Assembly: GCA_038087875.1 (NCBI GenBank)
Contig: CM075981.1
Location: 67,580,001 to 67,644,000 of the forward strand
Source: Malacoraja senta
Lineage: Eukaryota
DNA length: 64,000 nt
Reading direction: 5' to 3'
Of the stretch, positions 51,470 to 63,290 are shown piece by piece; the first letter of the stretch is position 1; each line of letters starts with the position of its first letter. The position numbers and the translations under genes are program-made. The notes below the pieces were generated by a model. The model searched no databases. It had not been told where the DNA came from and saw only the letters and a program-made list of their open reading frames with translations.

Positions 51470-53738
51470 CTACATACCGAACAATGAAAATGGTATTACA
51501 ATCGAATTTCACATTTCACTCACCGCAAAGTTTCTGTAATGAATTTAAGCATCTATGCTCGGGCTGAAATTATCTAAACACAATTCGGGGCCTGCCTGGG
51601 ACCAGACTGCTGCTTCCAGTACTAGGAGTTTAATTGCCAGTTAAGGATTTAAATTTTAAATAAACACTTTTTTTTAAAACAGATTTCAAACGCCACTTTG
51701 TAAGTGTTAGCGTCATTTTTATTAAGAAATGTTAACTGCCCTAATCCATCGTTGGGGATTTTTGTTGTCTTTTCATCAAAATACTTTTGAAAATTTGTTC
51801 CTTTTTTTTTGTTTGGAATAAGTATATAGAAAAAAAAAACACTGATTAACGCTATCTCACAATGTTGAGACTAAATACAGGGGGTACTTGAAGATGAAGT
51901 TGAATTGGATTTTTTTTAAAGAGTTATTTCAAAATTATCCCAGCAAAAAAAGATTGAGCAAGAACGAACTCTGGTACCTCTAGGTTGAGAGGAAGTTTGG
52001 GAGCCGCGTTTTTTTCCCTCACCTTCTCCTCTGCGTAAATAACATCTTGTTTACACAATCAACACGAAAACTTGAATTAGGTTAATTGACAAACGAATTG
52101 CATTTAATCTCGCGTGTAATTCTATCAATTAAATCGATGCTTTGCGATTTCAAGTGAAGCAGTTTATTTTGGATACGCAGTGGTAGGGAGGTGGAATCAA
52201 AGCTTGAATCCGCCCCTCAATTTATCAGCCCTCATCAAAAAACAGTATGGGGGTGTGTGGATGGGAGTACAATAGAAACAACGGATGTGATGATTCTAAA
52301 GGGAGTTCAAAACCCAAATAATAATTATGACTGTGTATTAATACATGAACAGTTCCCATAACCAAATACAATGAATGAACCTCCGATTCTAAATTTCAAA
52401 TTACCACTAAAATCGTTCCTTCACTTTCACCCCTCCTGCATTAAATAATTGTACCCCTATCCTCAGATCATCCGAGAGGCTTTAGTTATTTTAGCCCCGA
52501 ATATCACAGACACAGACCCACACACGCATACACACACCTACGAACATCATAATATGTATCTAAACTCGCCTTATTTACGTGTTTTGTTTTCCACAAAATT
52601 AAAGATTTTAAAGGTTTTCCTAAGAAACGTACATTCCCTGTGATCGGAGGAGGGAGGGGGGGGGGGGGGGACGGTGCCTTTTTATTCTGCCCCTTGTTAA
52701 ACACGAATTAGGGCGGCCAATAATCGTTTTACAAGGAGTTCTCTTTGTGTCGTTCCAACTGTTCCGTCAATGAGAAGTGCTCATTACCGTCTTAAGGGAA
52801 ATAAACATTGTCGACTTCATCTAAACCTCACTTAACTAACCATCAACAAATTGGATAAAGTGCTTAAGAACATCGAGGGGTCAGGAGCGCCTGTGTATTT
52901 GGTCTGATATTTCCGTTCAACCTTACGCCACCATACTTATTTCTAGATTGTAGCCAGAGACCGTTTTAAACGCTTATATTTGCCATTTGTCCCTCGGTCG
53001 TTTTTTTGTTACCGTTATTTGCATACGTTTGAGTGTCTCGTATCTTTATTTTTTGCATTACATTTCCATCTAAAAAGAAAGTTATTTCCCTAAAATATTC
53101 TGGACGCAGTGGCCCATCTCGTCGCAAGTTTTGAAGGAACGAGTGCGATTTGGTGAATCCCAACCACTGATTTAAATGTTAGGTGGCTTCATCCCATTAA
53201 AATACACTTGTGTTTACACAGCTTTCTGTTTAGCAGTTGTGTGCAGCACCCACTGGGGTAAACACAGCAGCTCACGGCGATTCTTACAGCAAAAGTCACA
53301 CATTGTCAATACCAGACATTTTCATTGCAGAACGCGAAGAGCCTGGACGTGTTCATTCTTACCACACCATGCACGCTTTAAAAACAATACAAATATACAC
53401 AACCTCGATGTACCTAAATACAGAAGTATATTCCAATAAGATTAGCAAAATCGGTTGTTTTAAATCGGAAAGCTGTCATCAATAATTTGCTCCTCCTGCT
53501 GTGGAACCATTGTTGACCATTGTATCAATTTTAATTTCACTTGCTTGGAAAAATAATTATAAAATAAATCGTGCAGTAAAACGGATTTAAATGTATTAAA
53601 ATGTGAATTTAAACGGTTTAATTTGGCCATTCAAGTTGTAAAATGTCTCGTCGTTTTGTACGTACTGGATGGAGCATGCCACCCGAAGTAACACAGTCAT
53701 TCGATACAATGAGCTTGTCTGGGTTTGTATTTTTTTAC

Positions 53739-53914
53739 CTGAACCCGAGACTCCACCAGGTCGAGCCTTAAAGCCAGCGCCTCTCTCATGAACACATCTG
53801 GATAATGGCTTTCGTTGAAAGCTTTCTCCAGTTCCTCCAACTGCCAGCCGGTGAAATTCGTCCGCGTTCGTCTCCGTTTACAGCCGGGGGTGTCCTTTTC
53901 CGGATCCGACACTT
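53739..53914 (-). CDS. UNCX: UNCX coding exon 2 (homeodomain helices 1-2 and start of helix 3)
   Basis: Acceptor polypyrimidine-TTACAG|; encodes (E)[58 protein letters not shown]; donor CAG|GTAAAA; 176 nt restores phase 0. Confidence 0.97.
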
Positions 53915-54345
53915 CTGTAACAAGAGAGGAACAGAGAAAAACAAAAGATATGGAAAACGGTGATCAGAATCAATATATAAGAAAGAGAGCGCGCACATAT
54001 TCATGGCTGGATCATACGAATTCCTCGCAACCCATACAGGCCTTCCAACCATTTTCCCTTGCACTTTCTTTCAAATTGTACTCGATTTCGCGACTTGAGT
54101 CCAAGTTAATAATGAGTGCATTATTTGTTGTTGAAGAAACTCCAAAATGCAGCATGTTAGCCCCATGGTAAAAACGCTGAATTAAACAGTTGACACACGG
54201 TACGAGGCACCGAATGAGATTTGTGAAAAGGCAGGTGCATTGTCCCAGTGTATTGTTAGCAGCTTCAAGGCGCCTGCATGAGTGTGGATCTGCTTCTCTC
54301 CCCGGCGGGAAGAGAGGGGAACTGATGGAAACAATATGTGTGTTT

Positions 54346-54379
<34 letters not shown>

Positions 54380-54795
54380 CAGGCACAGACCCGGGCAAAG
54401 AGCGCTTCGTTCCCACAGCCTCGCCTTACCGATTCCCACGGCCATCTACCCAGACTCACAAACAAAATATCCAGCCGAGTCCCCACGCATTCAGGGCAGC
54501 AGCAATCTCGGTGAAAACGAGTGTGCTTGAAATACGGTGTTCCGAGCCTCCCGTACATTCTATGCCTAAGAGTTACAAAGGCCATCGATCTCGTCCTCGT
54601 GTCATACTCCTCACCTTTAGTGGGAGAAATCCTTATTGTAGTATCAATGTTATTTAGTTTGTCTCCTATAATATTGTTTTTTTTTAAATTTATTTCTCTG
54701 CCGCCAAGCTTCAGATCTGGTTTCCGGCCTAAGGCCTAAATACTTTGTTTTCTCTCCTCTCTTGCTCGCGCTCTCTCTCTCTCTGTCTCTCTTAC

Positions 54796-55051
54796 CTGAC
54801 AGTTTGAAGGACTGATTCTCCCCGTTCACGTTACAAGCCGTGGGCATCAGAGGGGACGGATTGACCACAGATGCCGTGCAGGAGCCGCTGAGTAATCCGT
54901 CTATAGTGAATGGGACACTGGCAGACTGCAGTTGGTGCCCTGCGAGCTCGTACACATGGTGATGAGTAAGGGGGTAGTGGAATCCTACCATACTGGCCAA
55001 GGTACCTCCGAACTGAGCATGGTGATGCTCCAGAATCCTGCTATCCATCAT
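54796..55051 (-). CDS. UNCX: UNC homeobox (Uncx4.1) coding exon 1
   Basis: MMDSRILEHHHAQFGG...YELAGHQLQSASVPFTIDGLL...FKLS matches the vertebrate UNCX N-terminus. Ends at donor CAG|GTAAG; 256 nt, phase 1. Confidence 0.96.
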
Positions 55052-55194
55052 CTCCCTGCAGGGGGAAAAAAAGAGGCGAGGGAGAGAAAGAGGGGACAGA
55101 AAATGCTTGCACTTAAAGGAATTGGGTGAACTTCAAAAATGTATGCAGGAAAAGTAGAAAAGCGGTAGACATGCTAGTGGACGGGGAGGATGTG

Positions 55195-55290
55195 TCTTTA
55201 CTTTATGAACATAAAGGACCCAATAATTAGCTCAGGCTTTGGGAATTTGGGACCAATAAGAAACGTTAATCGCGTCTGACGTCAGAGACG
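55195..55290. promoter_or_regulatory. Proximal promoter-like cluster: full CRE palindrome and two CCAAT boxes
   Basis: TCTGACGTCAGA at 55275-55286; CCAAT near 55220 and at 55253-55257; 170-235 nt upstream of the ATG. Confidence 0.5.
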
Positions 55291-55819
55291 TATAGTCGTT
55301 CTGTGTTGGTACCAGTGGGTATTAAGACCGCTTGAAAACGTTTCCATATCGATCGCTAATTATACATGACATCCACCTCAATAAACAATATATGAGCTGT
55401 CAAAACAATGCAGGAAGATTTGACGAGTACGGGCCCTGGCTCCCGCTGGTTGATTGGTACCTGGTTAAATACTAGGCAGAGTACAGAGTAAACATATGCA
55501 ATTTCTCCCGCATCCTCGTACAACACGCACTAATAGATTATTTTCCCTTTCTCTCTCCCAAACATTGACCATCGTGTTGTCCAGGATTTTTTTTTTTTTT
55601 GAAAAGAGGGAACGATTTCCTCGGTCAGCTTTTAAACTGATGTCGGGCCAATTACAGGGACACATTGAGCGGCAAATAGACTGATCGGATAATAGGGGAT
55701 TCATCAGCTACTGTTTCCAAAGCTGTCACAATGCATTTAAAAGAACATGATATTTCATCTTCGGCGTTTTCTCTAGACTGCTCAGTCACTTCGAATATTT
55801 AAAGCTACGGTGACGCTGC

Positions 55820-55840
55820 CTGATATATATAAATATATGG
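55820..55840 (-). promoter_or_regulatory. Candidate TATA box for an upstream non-coding first exon
   Basis: Minus strand CCATATATTTATATATATCA followed by GC-containing sequence; consistent with a donor at 55461 and an acceptor at 55056. Confidence 0.35.
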
Positions 55841-56996
55841 GGAAATCTTTAAACCTGCCTCGCGCTCCTTATTGAAAATATCGACAACAATAAGTAAATA
55901 TTGAATTATTAATCAGAGGACGGTGTTAATTAAACGCAGGTCACACCACTGCTTGGGGTGCAAGGAGGCAGATTATTTTTCTCCCCCACATATTTTCCTC
56001 CTGGAAAAAAATATCAGCTACTTTCCCTGAACCGGTGATTAATGGTAATGAGCCCGGGTCCAGCTTTGTTCTAATTAAATTATATTCCCCATTGAAGTTT
56101 CCAAATTCGCTCTCAGCCGCCGAGCTGTAAAGAGAAAAACAATTAGACAAAGAATTTCGCTGCTTTGAAATAACGCCGATTTTTTTTAAAGTAAAATTAA
56201 TTCGTTCAAATCATATTATGGAGAGGAGACGGCAGCCTACGAAACACAAAGTTTGGAGAAATTCTTTCGCACGGGTACAAGGGATGGTTGGAAGATGGTC
56301 CCGGGAAGGGGAGGGGGGGGGGGGGGATTAGGAAATATGGCACTGCAGTTGCCCTGGTTTTAATCGCCTTCGTTTAGAAATTTAGTGATCTTAATTTAAG
56401 AAAAAATGTTGCGCACACTAATGTTATTTCTCTCGGGCCTTTCATATTTCTGGTAATGGGGCTATAAATTGTAAATAAATAAAATTAAATCTGAGTCAGT
56501 GCTACATTAAACTCACATTATTCATTGAATTGTACCCTCCTTCCATGTGAAAACAGTCCGAATGAGTGAATCCACGTTAAATTTAAAATGTACAAGCTCT
56601 ATTAATACCGTGCTTTCTGATTACATCTTTCATATTCTTTTCATCTTCCCTTCATCTTAATGGATTTAAAAATAAAATTATTAGGCGTTGTTCTGTCGAG
56701 AATATTAATCTTTTCGCGTCCTTCGCGAACTCAGATTGAATTTCGTAAATTGATGGGGTGCCGCTTTGGTTGACAATTGATTTTGATTTGTCATGTCCTT
56801 GCGCCCGAAGAGGGAGAGGGGAAAATAAAGTTGCTCAAATATTATTGCAAAGGTTGGCTAGGCGTTAACCGTCTGCCTTATTGATTGCGAAGACGGGAAG
56901 ATGACCTGAGGCTGAGTACAGGAGATATGGAGTCCTGAACTTTCTCGTTCGCCCTCCCGTCCGCTGTCGTGGATGGTTCTCGCACCAACAAAACTT

Positions 56997-57120
56997 GGTC
57001 TGAAGAAGGGTCTCCACCCGAAACGTCAGCTATTCCTTCTCTCCAGAGACGCCACCTGTCCCGATGAGTTCCTCCGGCATTTCTTGTCTATCTTCGGTTT
57101 CTGCAGTTCCTTCCTAAACA
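56997..57120 (+). mobile_element. Solo PLE pLTR arm with intact hammerhead core
   Basis: GTCTGAAGAAGGGTCTCCACCCGAAACGTCAG. Confidence 0.85.
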
Positions 57121-57289
57121 AAACTTTGAGATTGTTTGGAGCACGTGAGGTGACTGGAACACGGGAAAGGGGGTAGAGTCGGGTCGGGAGGTGGGGTGCG
57201 GGAGTAAGACAACCCATCACAAGTCAAGACATATATTTAGGACGAGATACCTGCGGCAGAAGGTGCCCGGGAGAGAGAAGAGTTTAAAC

Positions 57290-57388
57290 TGTAGGTACAC
57301 AAAAATGCTGGAGAAACTCAGCGGGTGCAACAGCATCTATGAAGCGAAGGAAATAGGCAACGTTTCGGGCCGAAACCCTTCTTCAGAC
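57290..57388 (-). mobile_element. Solo PLE pLTR arm (second subfamily) with intact hammerhead core
   Basis: Reverse complement GTCTGAAGAAGGGTTTCGGCCCGAAACGTTGCC. Confidence 0.85.
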
Positions 57389-59454
57389 GGGGGTGATAAA
57401 CTGTTATCACCCAGGCAACGAAGAGATGCAGTACAGGAAGCCTTGGCCTGTGGGTGACGAAATTTACATTTTTGCAATAATCCGGGCAAGGTGAAAATCA
57501 TGCTTTAAAATTAAAGCCACCCAATAAAATTGGCGATGACACGAAATCAGTGCTGAAAACGAGCTCGCGTTACTCAAAATTTTAGCTGGACAGGAAAGCA
57601 AGTGAGAGAAGGCTCTATTGAAAGAAATGAGATGTTTGTTTTATTTTTTGCAATATGTGGGAGTTATTAACGTGAAAAGTACAAATAACATTTTTAAAGT
57701 CCGTTATGTGTCGCCGCTTGCAAGCAATGCCCGGTCGAATATTTCCCGATTCTTAATTGAATGATGGTGCCATCGTGCCAAAGTCCGATATGGAGCCGGC
57801 CATTATACTAATATTTTTTAAAAGAGACCAAATTTACAGTTTGACTTATAAGAGACGGAGTAATAGGAATGGAGGGAAGTATTAATGCTCGGGGTCGGAG
57901 AGGCCAAGGGCCGCACTTTTCACCGTAATTTAATTTAACTTTCTATAAATACTAAATGTAAACTGTAGCCACTGGACCCGAATTTGCCTGTAGCAATAAA
58001 CGCTTCATTTTCTGTTTGAGCTTTGTGGCTGCAGTACCGGAGACGTGTCTGTGAATACAGGGAGGCTTTAATCAAGCCCAGGCGATGGGACTTTTCCCTC
58101 TTTATTACAAAGAATTAATTCGACTTATTTGACCAATTTCTGGAGCTGACAGAATGTTAATTTGAGCTGGATTCTCTTCCTCCGCTCACTGCCTGACCCC
58201 TGACTCGTGATTGGCGTGTTGTAATAACTTGTATCTTTCAACATAAGCCCTGATAATTGTTACCTTATTACCATGCAAATTGTTTAATTAATATTATTAT
58301 GAAGAAGCATATAATCCATTCGTCACTTGACCTCAGTCCGCACTGCAACCGGCTTTCGCATTCTGAATCTGTAAAATTTTAATCGTGGAAGGTTTAATGT
58401 TTCTAACAGTCTTTGTAAAAAAATCTCTTAAAGCGTTTGAGAGCACGCTTTAATGGAGAGCGCTGTCGTTTGATGAGACTTTCTTTGTGTTGTAGTACTG
58501 CAGTCAATCTGCACAAATTATGGAAATCGTTTATTTTTTTTATTTTATACATCAAAATTCTATAATTGCCTGCATGACATTTGGTTATAAAAGCGGATGC
58601 TTTAAAGGCACCCTTCAACTGTGATTCCCAGGCACAGGTTTCTGTGCACTTGCCAAAGCAAAACAGACCAGCAACTCAATGAAAGCAAGCCCTTGACACA
58701 AAGTCCTCGGAGACATTGCATTTAAATACGTTTTCTTACACGAGAGTGACATTGTCAGATGCTAGCTTTAATTAACTTGATAATAAGACGTACACGCGGT
58801 GCATTCAGGACAGCTCGCTTCGCCATGTTCCTCTTTATCTCGTTAAGGTTATCTATTCCAACCGCTTGTCTCTTTTTTGTGTGCTGTTAGTAGTGAAATT
58901 GGTCGTTGATTATAATCCCAGTATCCAGAAATATTCAGGAAAAGAAGCTGTCCCATTTTTTTCTTTATTTAAACAAGTCTCCCTCCCTCTCTATCTGTTG
59001 GAGAGCCTCTCCCCCCCCCCCCCCAATGCCCCACTCTCCACAGTTTAATCACTTTAACTCGAATGTCATTATTCTATGGGTATTAAAACAAACTTGGTGT
59101 GGGGTGGTTAAGAAAGGCGTGCGCGCACACACATACACTCCACACCAACACGGGAACGGGGGTGCTGCCAATGTTTCCAGTACACATACGCGCCACACAC
59201 AGACACACACACACACACACACAAGAAATCCATCATTAAAACTGAGGAACATTTAACAACTTACAGATGGGCTGTTAATGGTTATTTAATTCTTAGGCGT
59301 GAGAGTGCTTTTGTTGGAGAGTGATTTAATGGAATATAAATGCGTGTAAAACACATATGCGAAGCACAATACCAAACTAGATCGTATAGAGTGACTCAAA
59401 CAGCAAGCAACTGAACTCGCACACCGCCCATACAACTCTGATGTCAATATTACT

Positions 59455-59586
59455 NNNNNNNNNNNNNNNNNNNNNNNNNNNNNNNNNNNNNNNNNNNNNN
59501 NNNNNNNNNNNNNNNNNNNNNNNNNNNNNNNNNNNNNNNNNNNNNNNNNNNNNNNNNNNNNNNNNNNNNNNNNNNNNNNNNNNNNN
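59455..59586. other. N run, 132 bp
   Basis: Directly visible. Confidence 1.
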
Positions 59587-62309
59587 GCTGATAATTATGG
59601 AATTAAATCTAAATTAATTGTCGCAGGTGATTTGATCCGGCGCCGGAGTTGGATCGGATCGCAATTAAAGAGCAACGTGTTTTCTTTCCTCTCTCTCGGT
59701 TCTTGATGTATAACAGTTCGAGGCTTGGAAATGCATTTTTTTAAAGTGTGGTGAGAGAGAGAGAGGGAGAGGGAGAGCGAGGGAGAGAAATTCTTTCTAA
59801 ATTCCCTTCAGATCCGCACTCGCTGCTTAATCCTGACAATTAAAATGCTGCCCATCTAATTATCTATAGATTGTACAGACTGTCAATGGAGACACCAAGG
59901 CGATTGGACTGGACGTTTTTTTTTAAATTTCACTATATTTCAGATGGAGACCAAAAAGTAATTCGCTTCAAATTACCTCTGACATACTAATACCCTTCAA
60001 ATCTTCCCCTCCCCACTCTACCTCACTTTGCCTGGTGCATACAAAACTGAATGTTAAATGAGCGCGGAGTTTGTTAATAATATCCAAAGTTCCATCAGAA
60101 TAATAATTTCATTTCAATTAAAACTGACTTATCACCTTTCCTAAAACGTGCTTAATATGCAAAAATTATCAATGCTTGATCGAGCCCAAATCAGCAGCCT
60201 AATTGTAATCTGGTTGATCGGCTCCTTGTCGCGGCTCTCCGCTTACATTAACACACGAGAGAGGCGCTCGAAATAGAACTAATTTGCCCGCATCCCCGGG
60301 GAAATTGCCTTCGCCATATTAACATCTTAAAAATATAGTAATGATATAATTTGAGAAATGGTGACGCCAATTTGCATTTCAGCGCCTGTGCGCTAATCAC
60401 TCCAGAATTGATGGCCCCTGGATTAAATATATATTATAAATTCCTATTATAATATATTTTAAAACCTCAGTAATTAAACATAATTGGAATTCTGACCAAG
60501 GTTTGTCGGGGGGCAGGGTGAGGCGAGGTGGTGCCTATGGGTTTAAATATCGCCAGCTCTATTTAGCTCCATGAACTTTGGATTGAATGATATCCCCTTT
60601 TGATGGAAAAAAAGTATTTTATTTGCAAGGTAAAATAACCCCCCCCCCCCCCCCCCCCCGTTACTACAACCCTTTGGTAGAAATAGCCAAAGTTAACTCA
60701 TCTTGGGATGGAGTGGTGTCAATATTTTCTAATTATATCAATTCTTCATTACTTTCCCCTTCTTTATGTGGAACTCGTTGTTTTTAATCTTATTTGTATT
60801 TTATGTTCCTCTGTTTCCCTTCTGCTTCACTATTTGTCCCCCCCCCCCTTGAATCACTGCACCCCCACCATCCCATCCATTTTCTTTCACTCTCTCCCTT
60901 GCCTTTATCCACTTTCTTCCATTTCCCTCCCCTTTCCATCCACCCACACAGCCCTGGGGCTGTTCAATTCAAAGTTGGCCAACACACCCAGAGCTGTGCA
61001 TTCCAATCAGACTCTTCCTCTCAATATCTACCTCTTTCAGTTGAAACATTTAACTTTTTGAGGGGGTAAATAAAATCAGAAATGTGAAGTGCATCCAAAC
61101 AAAACAGTACAAACTTTATACAGTCTGAGTGTAATCTGTCCTTTGTTGCCCTCTTGTGTACAGTCTGCAAGTGTTTTCCAAGTATGGATTGCCCATGTGT
61201 GTGTCAGAGTATATTTCTATGGATTGCATGTCTAAAGGTGATTATGGTCATTGAACTCATTTCAATTTCAGTTCATCTTTGAGTGGTTTTGATATATTTC
61301 ATTGTCCAGGTGTGATTTTCCGTGTATCTTTAAGTGTAAGTTGCACAGTCCGTGAACTGCAGAATATCTCAGCATTTAGTTTCCCAGTCACCTAACTGAT
61401 TTCCACCAATTGCTTAAAAATTGGAGGTAATCTGTGTGTATGAATTGTGCAGTACCTCTTTCTGAGTGTCTTTCAGTGTTCGACTGAATCTTGGTTTGAT
61501 TAAGTTACAGTGAAATACAAGGTGTCTCAGTGTGATCCTGAGTGTGTTGTGTGAACTTTCAGAATAATATTGGTTTCTATGCAGATTTAGTAATATTTTT
61601 ATGTTTGTCTGAGTGTAAATGGTTTACTCTCACTGTGTGGTATTCTTTCTATTAATTGTAATGCTTGTCACTTGAGGTAAATTTCACTGTATCTTTTGGG
61701 AGTTTCAGTGTAATCTGGATTAATGATTTTAACATTTTGCCATCTGATTGAGAGTTAGATACATGTCACAGTGTTTTATTGTGTCACAAGTTTTGTATAA
61801 CATTTCAGTATTAATTATCTTCAGTGTATGAATAAATTGTGTGTTGCTGCCTGGAAGTGTTTCAGAGTATCTCAGTTCCACTTGGAATTTAGTAGGCCAC
61901 TAAATGCAGGGGTTGTAATGTGTTAGCATGTATTGGATGTGTTCCTCTCCATTTTCTCATGTGTCACAACATGCATTACTTTCTTACAATGAACTGTTGG
62001 AAGAATTTCAAACCGTGTGTGTAATTTTACACATCAGCATTGGAGAAAGTCTTCTGCAATGCACATGAATGTTTAAGAATGCTACATCACAATGGTAGTC
62101 AGTGCTTGGGAAGAGTATCCGCAGAATGAAAGGCCATTGAATGCACAATATTCTATCTCTCCTTAAATGCTAAAGCTCATAATGTACAACCCAGTGAAGG
62201 GGAGGAAGGAGGGCAGAGGTTGCATTGCTAACAGAAGGGGAAGAAAGAAGGACCTAGATAGGATAGGCAAATGATAGGCTGGACCAAAAATCAAAGTTTT
62301 GCTCTTTTT

Positions 62310-62595
62310 GATAGGGTAGACAGTCAGAACCTTTTCCCCAGAGTGTAAATGACAAAAACAAGAGGGGATGGGGGAACGATAGAGGAGATGTGTGGGGCAA
62401 GCTTCTTACACATAGATTGGTGAGTGCCTAGAATGTGCTGGCATTGATGGTGTGGAAGTAGATGTGTTAAGAGTCTTTTAGAGAGGCACGTGGATATGCT
62501 GGGACAGAAGGGATATGGCAGAGGAGATTATTTACATCAGCTTCATGTTTGGCACAGACATTGAGGACAGAAAGGCCAGTTCCAGTCTTGTAGAG
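62310..62595 (+). mobile_element. CR1 3' end, diverged
   Basis: GATAGGGTAGACAGTCAGAACCTTTTCCCCAG... Confidence 0.65.
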
Positions 62596-63045
62596 TAAAG
62601 CAGGGAAATGTGTAAAGACAGGAATGAGATAGAGGGTAAACACATGGTGACAGTATAGGTAAAGGTGGAACAATTAATGACAGTAGCACAGAATCAAGGA
62701 AGCATTGCATGTGCAAATGTAATTCAGAAGATCTCAAAATCAGATTAGACCAAGGGCAAAGAACTTTGGGGGAAACTTGTTCAAAACCCTGCACCTTCAT
62801 TAGGTTTGTATATACTGCAGAAGAGCACATGTACTCTGTATATGTAAGAGAGTACTAGGCCATTATGATGCATGTTTCTGTGTGGGAGAAATGTTAATGT
62901 AATTCAACCTGTGTGAGTAATAAGGTAGGAGCATGTGTCAGTGGATTAAATAAATCAAAAGATTCAACAAATAAATATTTTGTTCATTCTTTATGAATGA
63001 AACCACAAAATCTCCTGAAAAACAATAAGAACTTCAAGAAATTAC

Positions 63046-63290
63046 AGGAAGGATAGACACAAGGTAACTGGAGTAACTCAACAGGTCATGCAGCATCTCA
63101 GGGGGGAAAAGGATAGGTGACGTTTCGGGTCGCGACCCTTCTTCAGACTCCTCTTCTGTCTAAAGAGGGATCCTGAACCGAAAAGTTAGCCATCCTTTTT
63201 CACCAGAATACGCTGCCTGACCTGCTGAGTTACCTCAGCACTTTGTGTCTATCTTTGGTATAAACCAGCATCTGCAGTTCTCTTTCCCTA
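63046..63290. mobile_element. PLE-derived fold-back element, 11-bp TSD
   Basis: CAAGAAATTAC at 63035-63045 and 63291-63301; intact minus-strand hammerhead core 63116-63149. Confidence 0.85.

Larger units (their letters stand above)
43700..60600. other. TE-depleted, CpG-retaining regulatory domain around UNCX (likely cluster of conserved non-coding elements)
   Basis: Only two ~100-bp repeat fragments recognised in ~17 kb versus dense repeats on both sides; frequent CpG and TAAT motifs. Confidence 0.7.
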
